Source: Candidatus Sericytochromatia bacterium (GTDB lineage: Bacteria > Cyanobacteriota > Sericytochromatia > S15B-MN24 > UBA4093). From it: a stretch of 64,000 nt of DNA. The stretch is from assembly GCA_036676985.1 (NCBI GenBank), contig JAKFBU010000030.1:64001-128000 (forward strand), written 5' to 3'. The position numbers were made by a program, and so were the translations under genes. The notes beneath the pieces are model-generated. The model had not been told where the DNA came from. It did not search any database and worked only from the letters and a program-made list of their open reading frames with translations. Shown in pieces: positions 1-9,369 of the stretch. Positions within the stretch are counted from its first letter, which is position 1, and each line of letters opens with the position of its first letter.

Positions 1-651
1 CTGCCGCTCGCCTTCGGCCCCCAGAGCCTGGACCGCATCCTGTCCCCGGTGCTGGCGGACGCCGGCGTGCGCCAGCTGCGCACGGCCGAGACCGAGAAGT
101 ACGCGCACGTGACCTTCTTCTTCAACGGCGGGGTCGAGAAGCCCTATCCCGGCGAGGAGCGGGTGCTGGTGCCGAGCCCCAAGGTGGCGACGTACGATCT
201 GCAGCCGGAGATGAGCGCGTTCCAGGTGGCGGACGTGGCCGAGCAGTGGATCAAGGACGCCAAGGCGGACGTCATCATCATGAACCTGGCCAACGCGGAC
301 ATGGTGGGCCACACGGGCAACATGGGCGCGACGGTCAAGGCCATCGAGGCCCTGGACATCTGTCTGGGCCGGATCATCGGGGCCATCGAGGCCAAGGGGG
401 GCACGGCCCTCATCACGGCGGACCACGGCAACGCCGAGCAGATGTACGATCCGGCCTCCGGCGAGATCGTCACCTCGCACACGCTGAACCCGGTGCCCCT
501 CATCCTGGTGGGCGGCCAGGGCGCCAAGCTGCAGAGCGGCCTCTTGTCGGACATCGCGCCGACCATGCTCGACCTTCTGGGCATCCCGCAGCCCAAGCAG
601 ATGACGGGGCACTCGCTCCTGGTCCGCGAGCCGTCCACGCTGATCAAGTGA
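1..651 (+). CDS. gpmI: 2,3-bisphosphoglycerate-independent phosphoglycerate mutase, C-terminal part (5' end outside window)
   Basis: Motifs [55 protein letters not shown]. Confidence 0.97.
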   Translation: MPLAFGPQSLDRILSPVLADAGVRQLRTAETEKYAHVTFFFNGGVEKPYPGEERVLVPSPKVATYDLQPEMSAFQVADVAEQWIKDAKADVIIMNLANADMVGHTGNMGATVKAIEALDICLGRIIGAIEAKGGTALITADHGNAEQMYDPASGEIVTSHTLNPVPLILVGGQGAKLQSGLLSDIAPTMLDLLGIPQPKQMTGHSLLVREPSTLIK

Positions 652-1487
652 GGCTCACGCTCGCCCTGACCGCGCTGGCCATCCTCTGGCCCGGTACGGT
701 CTGGGCCCGAGAAGCCGTCCGGTACCGGGCGCGCGTGCTGCCGACGGCCACGGTCCATGTCCTGGAAGTACCGCCGGGGCACGAGATCCGGCCCATGCTG
801 GCCCCGGCCCGGCGCACGGTCCGCGCCTGGGTCCGGGAGCAAGGGGCCGTCGCGGGCCTCAACGGCGGCTACTTCAACCATCAGGACGGGGTCAGCGCCT
901 CCTACGTCACCATCGACGGCGGCCTCCGCTCGGATCCGCACGACAACGACCTGCTGGTCAACAACCCCAAGCTAAAGCCCTACCTGGGGCGAATCTTCCA
1001 TCGCACGGAGCTCCGGGTGCTCGCGGGGCCGAGCGGCACATGCTGGCGGCTCGCTCCCCATGCCGAGCCCCTGCCCGCGGGCTATCGGCTGATGCACGCC
1101 CTGCAGGCGGGTCCGCGCCTGCTGCCGACCCTGCGACTGGAGCAAGAGGGCTTTGTCGCCTACGGCCGACGCGACGCCCAGGGTCGGCGGCCGCTCGTGC
1201 GGGACGGCATCGCCGCCTATGGGCGGGCCGCGCGCAGCGCCCTCGGCCTGAGGCCGGACGGCACCATGCTGCTCGTCGCGGCCCTCGGGCCCGAAGGCGG
1301 CGGGTTGACGCTGCCGGAGCTGCGGGACCTGCTCGCCTCCGAGGGCTGCTCGGAGGCCCTGAACCTGGACGGGGGCAGCTCGACGTCACTGGTGGTCCGA
1401 GACGGCGATCGCCTCAACGAATACGCCCCGCCGAAGGGCGGGGCGAAGGTGCGATCGGTGCTCTTGATCCTACCGCTTCGGCGGTAG
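648..1487 (+). CDS. Exported phosphodiester glycosidase (NAGPA/DUF2233) family protein
   Basis: GTG start overlaps gpmI stop (GTGA); signal peptide; motifs [29 protein letters not shown]. Confidence 0.88.
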   Translation: MRLTLALTALAILWPGTVWAREAVRYRARVLPTATVHVLEVPPGHEIRPMLAPARRTVRAWVREQGAVAGLNGGYFNHQDGVSASYVTIDGGLRSDPHDNDLLVNNPKLKPYLGRIFHRTELRVLAGPSGTCWRLAPHAEPLPAGYRLMHALQAGPRLLPTLRLEQEGFVAYGRRDAQGRRPLVRDGIAAYGRAARSALGLRPDGTMLLVAALGPEGGGLTLPELRDLLASEGCSEALNLDGGSSTSLVVRDGDRLNEYAPPKGGAKVRSVLLILPLRR

Positions 1488-1814
1488 GGCCTTGCCGAGG
1501 GGCTTGCCGCCCCGGAGGATGCGAACCATCAGGGGGACGTCGGTCGCATAGACGGCGGGCATGGACTTGGCATCGTGGTGCGAGACGCAGCGGCGATGGG
1601 CCATGAAGTCCTTCGAGATCCCCTTGGCCAGCAGGACGCTGGGACGGGTCGGCTGGCGGTTGGTCGGATCCACGAACACCGCGCACTCCTGACAGACCAG
1701 CTGCTCGCAGAGCACGCAGGCCTCCTCGAGGCTGGCCATGCCGCACCGGCACGCCGCCAGATCCTCTTTCGGCAGAAAGACGATGGAGGGGCGGTGCGAG
1801 GTCGTGAAGCGCAT
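1470..1814 (-). CDS. Small Cys/His-rich hypothetical protein (possible zinc finger)
   Basis: AAAGGA SD upstream; CRC-x8-CxxC-x4-CxxC and HRRC pattern. Confidence 0.6.
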   Translation of the reverse strand: MRFTTSHRPSIVFLPKEDLAACRCGMASLEEACVLCEQLVCQECAVFVDPTNRQPTRPSVLLAKGISKDFMAHRRCVSHHDAKSMPAVYATDVPLMVRILRGGKPLGKALPPKR

Positions 1815-2212
1815 GGCGTCAGTTCCTTTCTAGGGAGCTGTCAGGTGCCTGAACCCATCAACCCTGGGTTGCTCCGGTTGTACCATTGACCTAACGAGTA
1901 GACAGCGGTGATCTGGACAAAGTTCGTTGCACAGCCCCCGGTGAGGCGCGCAGCATGACCCTTCCAGCCGACTACGTCACGAGGATGGGGCGCCAATCAT
2001 ATCAACGATAGCAAACATTTACCCATGCTTGCAAGAGTTTATTAACGTTTGCTATCCCGGGAGATAACACTGATTTATCCGCTGGTCGGGGAGCGAACTT
2101 GCGTGCTCCGGAGCGTCTGTAACGCGCGTCACGCCTCCGGTTAAAAGATCGCAAACTTTGGGAATTAAGGAGCCAAGGGTTCCGTCTCCACGCGATCGAG
2201 GAGGTAACGACC

Positions 2213-2410
2213 ATGTTGCCCAGTTCCTACGAAGCCGAGATCCGGGTGCGCGTCAAGCTGGACGCCAACAACGAGGCCGAGGCCCAGGAGATCCTGGCCC
2301 GCCACATCCACCGCATGGTCAAGTACCGCGAAGCCGAGACCACCGAGGTCTTCCCGATCGGCATCCGCGAGCTGACGCTCACGACCACGCCCGACGAGAG
2401 TTTGCACTAG
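2213..2410 (+). CDS. Small hypothetical protein (65 aa)
   Basis: Strong GAGGAGGT SD; GC3-rich codon usage. Confidence 0.7.
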   Translation: MLPSSYEAEIRVRVKLDANNEAEAQEILARHIHRMVKYREAETTEVFPIGIRELTLTTTPDESLH

Positions 2411-2417
2411 GCGCCTC

Positions 2418-3239
2418 TTAGGGCGCCTTTTTGATGTCCTGGCGCTGGGACAGCACCACGCGCTGCACGTCGGTGATCATCTGCTCCGAGTAGTGGTGCA
2501 CGGCGGCGACGATGTTCGGGATCATGAGGCTCACGATCAAGAGCCCCACGCCCGGCTTGATGGTCTGCACGAAGTCCAGCAGGTTCTGCGCCTGTGGCGT
2601 GGTGCGCTGGATGACGCCGAGGGTCACGTCGATGAGCAGGACCACGATGACGGCCGGCATGGCGAGCTGCAGGACGATGCCCAGCAGCGCCCCTGTCACC
2701 TGCAGCATGACCCCCCAGAGGGCGGGCGTGACGCGGAAGCCGCCCACCGGCACCAGCTCGTAGGACTGGAAGAAGCCCCCCAGGAACAGCAGGTGCCCTC
2801 CCATCAGGATGAAGACCGTGAGGGCCATGTAGTAGAAGATCTGCCCGGTCGGCGTCGAGTTGGTGCGGATCATGGGGTTCATGGTGGAGATCATCGTGAG
2901 GCCGATGGCCTGCGCCACGAAGTCGCCCGCCCCCTGGATGGCGAAGTGGATGATCGAGGCCGCGAAGCCGATCGCCATGCCGAAGAACAGCTCGGAGATC
3001 AGCACGATCGTGAAGGCCAAGAAGTGGCTCGGCGCCGGTACCATGTCGGGCTGGCTCGCGACGTAGACGAGCGCCAGGGAGAAGGCCAGCCCCACGCGCC
3101 CCATGGCCGGGATCACGCGGCTTCCGAAGATCGGCGCCTGCAGGCAGAGGCCGACGCAGCGAGCGAGGATCAGCAGGAAGCCGGGGGTGAGGAGCGCCAA
3201 CCAGTTGGCAAATTGAATGAGCCCCTGGTCGCCCCGCAT
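2418..3239 (-). CDS. fliR: Flagellar export protein FliR
   Basis: Polytopic; LARCVGL..APIFG, ELFFGMAIGF, AGDFVAQAIGL, GGHLLFL; follows fliQ. Confidence 0.9.
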   Translation of the reverse strand: MRGDQGLIQFANWLALLTPGFLLILARCVGLCLQAPIFGSRVIPAMGRVGLAFSLALVYVASQPDMVPAPSHFLAFTIVLISELFFGMAIGFAASIIHFAIQGAGDFVAQAIGLTMISTMNPMIRTNSTPTGQIFYYMALTVFILMGGHLLFLGGFFQSYELVPVGGFRVTPALWGVMLQVTGALLGIVLQLAMPAVIVVLLIDVTLGVIQRTTPQAQNLLDFVQTIKPGVGLLIVSLMIPNIVAAVHHYSEQMITDVQRVVLSQRQDIKKAP

Positions 3240-3240
3240 G

Positions 3241-3513
3241 CTACCGCACCAACATCTGAGGGATGCTCGACCACAGGCTCGTGAGGAAGCCCGTCATGGT
3301 CGAGAGCAGCCACGGCCCGAGCAGGATGAGGACGCCGAACACGGCGACCGCCTTCGGGACGAAGGACAGCGTCTGCTCCTGGATGGACGTGATGGTCTGC
3401 AGCAAGGCCACCGTGAACCCGACCACCAGGCTCGTGATGAGCACCGGCCCCGAGAGCAGGAGCACCATGATGACGGCCTGGGTGAGGACGTGCAGGACGG
3501 TCGTGTCGGACAT
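3241..3513 (-). CDS. fliQ: Flagellar export protein FliQ
   Basis: LLQTITSIQEQTLSFVPK, GPWLL. Confidence 0.95.
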   Translation of the reverse strand: MSDTTVLHVLTQAVIMVLLLSGPVLITSLVVGFTVALLQTITSIQEQTLSFVPKAVAVFGVLILLGPWLLSTMTGFLTSLWSSIPQMLVR

Positions 3514-3516
3514 GGC

Positions 3517-4704
3517 TTACTTGAAGCTCTGGACCAACGCTGACATCACCAGATGCCAGCCGTTGGCGAGCGTGAAGACCAGGAGCTTGAACGCGTTCGA
3601 GATCATCTGGGGTGGCAAGGAGCTCATACCCAGTGCCAACAGGACGTTCGAGACCACCAGGTCGATGACGATGAACGGGATGTAGATGATGAAGCCGATC
3701 TTGAAGGCTGTTGTCAGCTCGCTGACCATGAAGGCCGGGATGACGACGTGCAGGGGCACGTCGGCCGCGGTGTTCGGCGCGGGCGTCCGCGAGAGGCGCA
3801 CGAAGAACGCGAGCTCCTGCTGGGCCGTCTGGCGGATCATGAACTCCTTGAGGGGCGCCTGGGCCCGGTCCATCATGACCTGCTGGGAGACCTGCCGGGC
3901 GAAGTAGGGCTGCAGGGCCGACTTGTCGATGGACTCCCACACGGGCGCCATGGTGTACATGGAGAGGAACAGGGCGAGGCCCAGCATCACCGGGTTGGGC
4001 GGGATGCTCTGGGTGCCCAGAGCCTGGCGCAGGAAGCCCAGGACGATGATCGTCCGCATGAAGGACGTCGTCATGATGACCAGGAACGGCAGCACCGTGA
4101 GCGACGCCAAGAGGAAGATGAGGCCGACCGAGGTGGTCATGTTGGGCGCGTTCAGGGGCTCGCGCAGGTCGAAGGACGTGAAGGGGTTAGCGGGCATCCC
4201 CTGGGCTGCGGCGGGCAGCGCGAACAGGGCGCCCATGGCAACGGCCATGAGCCCGAGACCCAGGGCCTGACGCCACCAGGGGCGCTTGCCCTCGTGCGGC
4301 TCGGCGCTTTCGACCATCTGCGCGAAGTCGGGCGCCGCGTCCTCCGCCGAGAGCTCGGCGATGGACTGGAAGCTTGCGTCGGTCATGCCCACCAGGAAGT
4401 TACGCTGGCCCACGTTCACGACCATGAGCGCGCGCTTGTGGTCGATGTTCAGGCGATCGAGCACCTTGATGCCCTTGGATCGCGCGCTGAAGCCGGGGAT
4501 CTGGCCGTTGCGCGTCAGCCGCAGGGCGACGTAGCCGAGGCCGAGCATCAGGAGCGTGACGATGAGGAGCTGGATCATGTAGGGCCCGATGCCGAGGTCC
4601 GCCGAGGGCAGGGCCTGCGGGGCGGCGAGGCTCGAGGTCGCGAGCGCCTCCTGAAAGGACGAGGTCGCCGTGAGCAGCGACATGCTGGTGGTGCTGGTGT
4701 CCAT
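3517..4704 (-). CDS. fliP: FliO-FliP fusion protein
   Basis: ATG at 4704 just after fliN stop. N-half is FliO-like (one TM, IKVLDRLNIDHKRALMVVNVGQRNFLVG). C-half is FliP (MTTSFMRTIIVLGFLRQALGTQSIPPN, PAFMVSELTTAFKIGF, FKLLVF..GW). No stop between them. Confidence 0.9.
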   Translation of the reverse strand: MDTSTTSMSLLTATSSFQEALATSSLAAPQALPSADLGIGPYMIQLLIVTLLMLGLGYVALRLTRNGQIPGFSARSKGIKVLDRLNIDHKRALMVVNVGQRNFLVGMTDASFQSIAELSAEDAAPDFAQMVESAEPHEGKRPWWRQALGLGLMAVAMGALFALPAAAQGMPANPFTSFDLREPLNAPNMTTSVGLIFLLASLTVLPFLVIMTTSFMRTIIVLGFLRQALGTQSIPPNPVMLGLALFLSMYTMAPVWESIDKSALQPYFARQVSQQVMMDRAQAPLKEFMIRQTAQQELAFFVRLSRTPAPNTAADVPLHVVIPAFMVSELTTAFKIGFIIYIPFIVIDLVVSNVLLALGMSSLPPQMISNAFKLLVFTLANGWHLVMSALVQSFK

Positions 4705-4706
4705 CG

Positions 4707-5048
4707 TTACCCCATCGTGCTCGACAGCTCGCTCTGGAAGATCTTGGTGATCTTGATGCCAAAGTTGGAGCCGATCACAACCACTTCGCCCTGGGCGACG
4801 ATCTTGCCCGCGGCGATCACGTTGACGGGCTCGCCCGCGAGCTGGTCGAGCTCGATGACAGAGCCTTCCATCATCTGCATGACCTGCTTGAGCGGCAGGC
4901 TGGTGCGTCCCAGCTCCACCGAGACCTGCAGGCGGATGTCGCGCAGGAGGTCGAGGCTGCCTCGGACGTTGGTGTCCCCGAAGCCTCCGCCCGTCAAGGG
5001 GCCGAACTTGACGGCGTTGTAGCCTTGGCGTTGGTCTTGCCAGTCCAT
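4707..5048 (-). CDS. fliN: Flagellar motor switch protein FliN
   Basis: LDLLRDIRLQVSVELGRT, GSVIELDQLAGEPV, GEVVVIGSNFGIKIT. Confidence 0.93.
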   Translation of the reverse strand: MDWQDQRQGYNAVKFGPLTGGGFGDTNVRGSLDLLRDIRLQVSVELGRTSLPLKQVMQMMEGSVIELDQLAGEPVNVIAAGKIVAQGEVVVIGSNFGIKITKIFQSELSSTMG

Positions 5049-5054
5049 GCGACC

Positions 5055-6440
5055 TTACCTCCCGAGGTTCTGCGTGGCGTCCGCGCTGAGGCGGAGTACC
5101 TTGATGGCCTTGTGGTCCTCGATCATGACGGCCCGACCCTTGCCGACGGGCTTCCCGTTGATGCACAGCGTGACGCTGTTGTCCTTGGGACGCGGCAGCT
5201 CGAGGATGGAGCCCTCGGCCATGGTCAGCCATTCGGTCAGGGGCAACTCCGTGCTGCCGAGCTGCGCGCTGACCTGGACGTAGACGTTGGAGAGCTGCCC
5301 CATGGCGCTGTCGAAGGAGACGTCGAAGTCCGGCCGCCGCGCCGAGATGACGTTCGCCACCGCGGGCTCCTGGTCCGGTTCGTCCGAGTGGTCCTCCTGG
5401 ACGGCAGCGGCGAGGGTGCTCGCCGGCTCGACCGGATCCAGGAAGCCCAGCTGGCGCGCGAGGTCGTTCAGCTGATTCTGGAAGCTCTGGGCGATCTGCT
5501 CGGTCTCATGGCCGATGGACGCGAAGTCGAACTCGGGCTCGGGCGTCTTGGGCAGCTCGGGGATCTTGATCTTCATGTCGGGTTCGCGCTCTTCGGGGCG
5601 CGGATCCGAGAAGCTGACCGTGAAGTCGGCCTTGCCGAGGAAGAGCGTCGAGAAGGCCACGAGCCAGCCCGCGGTGGAGACGGCGTTGGTGAAGGCGAGG
5701 TTCGGGTCGGCGACCACGCCGAGTGCTGTCAGCATGGCCTGCAGCGAGGGCGCCACCGAGGCTGCGCCCGCGAAGAGCTTGTGCGCGACCCAGATGCCCG
5801 CCGCCCCGAACCAGAAGCCGAGACTCATGCCGTAGAAGTAGCCGATGGTCATGCGCCAGAAGGCCCAGCCCGAGCTGCCGCCGAAGGGCTCCTGACGAGG
5901 GTCGAAGGCCTCCTGGCGCAGGGCGGCGAAGCCGAAGCCGGCGATCGCGAACACCACCGCGTACCCGAGCGCTCCCCACAGGGATCCGCCGAGGAAGTTC
6001 GCCTGCAAGAGGAAGTCCGAGACCTTGGGCAGCTGGTCGAGGTTCACCTCGATGGGCGTGCCCAGGAGCATCCGCGCCACCACCCGCAGCCAGCGCGCGG
6101 GGCTCTCCATGCCGTTCGGCGAGAGCATCAGGGAGTAGCCCGCCCCCGAGCCCCACAGGTTCACGAGCGTGAAGGGCAGGATCAAGGCCGCCACCACGGC
6201 GCCGCGCCAGTAGGGCATCGGCTTGATGACGACCTTGGGGATCGAGGAGCGGCAGAAGAAGTGGTAGCCCACGCTCACGGCGAAGCTCAACAGGCCGAAG
6301 GCCGCGAACACGAGCAGGACCGGGCTCAGGCCCGTCCCCGACCGGAGGGCGAAGATGAGGAACATGAGCAAGGGAGCGATCCCCAGCCAGAGGGGGATCG
6401 CCTGGGGGCGCAGGAGCTTGGCGCGTTCCTTGGCGGTCAC
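5055..6440 (-). CDS. Polytopic membrane protein with C-terminal FliM/FliN (SpoA) domain
   Basis: About 6-7 hydrophobic helices in first ~270 aa; C-terminal LSNVYVQVSAQLGSTEL..GSILEL..VTLCINGKPVGKGRAV is SpoA-like. Confidence 0.75.
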   Translation of the reverse strand: MTAKERAKLLRPQAIPLWLGIAPLLMFLIFALRSGTGLSPVLLVFAAFGLLSFAVSVGYHFFCRSSIPKVVIKPMPYWRGAVVAALILPFTLVNLWGSGAGYSLMLSPNGMESPARWLRVVARMLLGTPIEVNLDQLPKVSDFLLQANFLGGSLWGALGYAVVFAIAGFGFAALRQEAFDPRQEPFGGSSGWAFWRMTIGYFYGMSLGFWFGAAGIWVAHKLFAGAASVAPSLQAMLTALGVVADPNLAFTNAVSTAGWLVAFSTLFLGKADFTVSFSDPRPEEREPDMKIKIPELPKTPEPEFDFASIGHETEQIAQSFQNQLNDLARQLGFLDPVEPASTLAAAVQEDHSDEPDQEPAVANVISARRPDFDVSFDSAMGQLSNVYVQVSAQLGSTELPLTEWLTMAEGSILELPRPKDNSVTLCINGKPVGKGRAVMIEDHKAIKVLRLSADATQNLGR

Positions 6441-6450
6441 GGCTCCCCCC

Positions 6451-7377
6451 TCAATCCGCGCCCAGGCGGACGATCTGGACCGCCTTGCGCAGGCCGTCGG
6501 CGCTGGTGCCGGGCTTGGCGAGGATGCGCGCGCCGCCGCCCAGCTGGACCATGAGCGGATCGGTGACGCCCTGCTCGAGGACGATCACGTCCTCCTCCTC
6601 GAGGCCCTGCAGCTCCGCGACGGTCATGGTGGTGGCGCCCAGGTAGGCGACGACCTGGGTCGGCGTGTCGCCCAGGTGGTGGAGCCGGGCGTCGATGTCC
6701 TCGCCGCCCGTCTGGACGAAGGTGTTCTCGGCGGCGACCCGCAGGCTGTCGGAGTAGGGCACCAGGTAGGGCTGCGGGATCGCGAACATGAGCCGGCCCA
6801 TGGGCTGGGAGGGGACGCTCACGCGGTAGGTGATGGCGGCCATGGGCGTGTTGGTGGCGAGGCCCATGAAGATCTCCTGGAGCTCGCCCAGGTCGGGCAT
6901 CTCCGGGAAGGTGCCGTGCTGGTTGTCGGCCTCGCTGAAGATGTCGGCCCACTGTTCGGTGAAGGTCTCGCTCATGCGGCGGACCACCTCGTCGGCCATG
7001 TCCAGGTGCTCGTCGCCGAACCGGCGGTTGGCGGCCACTCCCGTCAGGCTCTTGGCTGTCCCGTGATCGAGGAGGACGAACATGCCTCCGGGCTGCTCGG
7101 TGAACTGCAGGATGCCCCACAGCGCGCCCTGGCCGTACTTCTCCTGCAGGGTGGCGAAGGGGACGGTCTCGACGGAGACCACGCTCCAGTCGGCCGCAGG
7201 CAGGCTGACGCCGGGGGCGCCACCCTCCTCGTCCTCGTCCTCGTCGTCCTCCTCGCCCTGCCCGTAGGTCCGAAGCGCGTCGGCCATCTGGGATCCGAGG
7301 TGGTAGAGGGCCCGGTAAAGGTAGGTGTCGCCCTGCGGCGCCTGGTTCATGATCAGCGAATTCAGCTCTTCGCTCAT
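6451..7377 (-). CDS. FliM/FliY-like switch protein (CheC-like middle domain plus SpoA domain)
   Basis: C-terminal TQVVAYLGATTMTVAELQGLEEEDVIVLEQ..AKPG..KAVQI; position in fli cluster. Confidence 0.7.
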   Translation of the reverse strand: MSEELNSLIMNQAPQGDTYLYRALYHLGSQMADALRTYGQGEEDDEDEDEEGGAPGVSLPAADWSVVSVETVPFATLQEKYGQGALWGILQFTEQPGGMFVLLDHGTAKSLTGVAANRRFGDEHLDMADEVVRRMSETFTEQWADIFSEADNQHGTFPEMPDLGELQEIFMGLATNTPMAAITYRVSVPSQPMGRLMFAIPQPYLVPYSDSLRVAAENTFVQTGGEDIDARLHHLGDTPTQVVAYLGATTMTVAELQGLEEEDVIVLEQGVTDPLMVQLGGGARILAKPGTSADGLRKAVQIVRLGAD

Positions 7378-7519
7378 ACCGCCTAGGGTACCAGTTTCCC
7401 AAGAATTGCGCCAGATGCGGCTTTTCGCCCTCTTTTACCCCTCTGCGGCAGGGGCCGAGAGGGGAGGGCAGAACGGGACAGGCCCGGGTTCGCCCCGGGC
7501 CCGTCGAACGCCTCAGGCG

Positions 7520-8683
7520 TTACCGGATGAGCTGGTTGACGTCGTCGATCAGGGTGTTGCCGACCGAGACGATCTTGACGTTGGCCGTGAAGCTCTTCTG
7601 GGCGATCGTGAGCTCCGGCAGGGCCGTGTTGACCGAGGAGTTGGAGGTCTCCAGGGAGCCCGCCGAGATCTCGTTGGACGAGCCCACCGTCCGGTTGCCG
7701 ATGGCGGGGTTGGTGTCCGTGACGCCCGCGACGCCCATGAAGGTGGGGCCGGCCGTGGCCGCCCACTGGAACTGGGAGCCGTCTCCGCGCAGGAGGCCGT
7801 CCGGGGTCGCGAAGGAGGCGACGCTCACGTACTTGTTGACCTTGCCGACGTTGGCGAGGCCGCCTGCGCCCAGGACGATCCGGCCGCTGGTCTCGAAGTC
7901 GTTGGTCGAGTCCGGCACGTCCAGGGTTCCCGTGTGCAGGAGCTGGCCGTTGCGGTTGAAGCTGAAGCGACCGATGAGGTCGGCGTTCAGGTTGAAGGGC
8001 GAGTTGGGATCCGTGTCCTTGATGAAGGGGAAGGAGAAGGGCTTCATGTCGAGCCGGTTCTGGAGGGCCCCGATGTCGCCGCCGGGCGTGCTCGCCTCGT
8101 TGGGCGGGATGCTCGTGCCAGGGATGCCCGCCACCTGGGGAGGCGTGTAGCCGCCGGTGACGCCCAGCACGTAGAAGCCGTCCTGGTTGACCAGGCGCAG
8201 GACGCCGGACTGCACGCCGCGGGCGTTGAGGTCGTCCCGCTGCTGCGGCGTCAGGTTGCTGGTGTCGAGGATGCTCGTGTCGGGCTCGAGGTCGAAGGTG
8301 AAGGAGCCGTTCCGGGTGAAGACTAGGTCGTTCATGCTGGTGGGGTTCTTGACCCGCGACATGACGAAGAAGCCGTTGCCCGTGAGCGCCAGGTCCGTGG
8401 GGCGCTGCGTGCCCTGGAGGGCGCCCTGGCTGAAGTCGGTGCGGGTCGCCTTGATGGCCGTGCCGCCCACCGAGAACTGGATGGGGTTGATGGACCCGTA
8501 ATTGGTGGAGCCGCCCGTCGCGGGCGAGCCGGCAGACAGCTGGGTGGTGAGCACGTCCTCGAAGAGGACCTTGGTCTGACGGAAGCCCGTGACGTTGGAG
8601 CCTGTCAGGTTGCCCGCGAGAGCCTTGAGCCAGTTATCGATCGCGCCGATGCTGTTCTGCGCCGTGATCCGAACGTCCGACAT
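7520..8683 (-). CDS. flgE: Flagellar hook / hook-basal body protein (FlgE-like, divergent)
   Basis: TDFSQGALQGTQRPTDLALTGNGFF, FTRNGSF, GSLETSN, AQKSFTANVK; directly downstream of flgD. Confidence 0.8.
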   Translation of the reverse strand: MSDVRITAQNSIGAIDNWLKALAGNLTGSNVTGFRQTKVLFEDVLTTQLSAGSPATGGSTNYGSINPIQFSVGGTAIKATRTDFSQGALQGTQRPTDLALTGNGFFVMSRVKNPTSMNDLVFTRNGSFTFDLEPDTSILDTSNLTPQQRDDLNARGVQSGVLRLVNQDGFYVLGVTGGYTPPQVAGIPGTSIPPNEASTPGGDIGALQNRLDMKPFSFPFIKDTDPNSPFNLNADLIGRFSFNRNGQLLHTGTLDVPDSTNDFETSGRIVLGAGGLANVGKVNKYVSVASFATPDGLLRGDGSQFQWAATAGPTFMGVAGVTDTNPAIGNRTVGSSNEISAGSLETSNSSVNTALPELTIAQKSFTANVKIVSVGNTLIDDVNQLIR

Positions 8684-8772
8684 GCCTTACCTCCTCTTGA
8701 GGACCCGCCACAACGGTTCAATCGACCGCGCTGGCGGCCACTAGGGGGATGCCTGGTTGGAATGGGGTAGGG

Positions 8773-9198
8773 CTAGGAGCCCACGTGGATGACGTCCATC
8801 AGCGAGTAGTACTCGCCGTTGACCTTGACGCGGGGGACGTCGGTGGAGAAGTCCACGGCCGTGACCGTGCCCGAGACGATCTGCGAGCCCTCCTCGCCGG
8901 GGACCGTGCGAGCCAGGCGGATTTCCTGGTTCATGAGGCCGGCGGCCAAGGACGAGTTCTGGTAGGCGCGCGAGGAGTTGTTGAGCTTGACCAGCCCGAT
9001 CGCCGCCTGCATCTGCGAGTACTGGGTGATCATCGCCGTGGGATCCATGGGGCTGTCGGGGGTCTGGTTCGAGATCTGCGCGATCAGGAGCTTGAGGAAG
9101 TCCATCTCCTGGCTCGCCGGATCGGCGTTCGAGGTCGAGGTCGTGCCTGCAGCAGTCGGGGGATTGTAGCTGATGCTCTGGACGCCATATATGGTCAT
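8773..9198 (-). CDS. flgD: Flagellar hook capping protein FlgD
   Basis: DFLKLLIAQISNQTPDSPMD, SGTVTAVDF..VKVNG; AAGGAG SD before ATG 9198. Confidence 0.9.
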   Translation of the reverse strand: MTIYGVQSISYNPPTAAGTTSTSNADPASQEMDFLKLLIAQISNQTPDSPMDPTAMITQYSQMQAAIGLVKLNNSSRAYQNSSLAAGLMNQEIRLARTVPGEEGSQIVSGTVTAVDFSTDVPRVKVNGEYYSLMDVIHVGS

Positions 9199-9369
9199 TA
9201 GGCGCTCCTTTCCCGGGCATGGGGCCAACACCCTGGTATTGTACCCGTCAGGCGGATCGCTTAACCGTGAGGAAAGACACGTCTAATGAACCCGCGACCG
9301 ATTGTTTACATGCCCTTACGGCCTGCGCTAGGATGCGCGCGGCTGTATCCGAGCCGAAAGGAGGCAATC

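Noticed and set aside
7225-7260. (TCCTCG)n simple repeat as a phase-variation tract
   Set aside because: In-frame codon repeat encoding an Asp/Glu run; unit changes would not shift frame.
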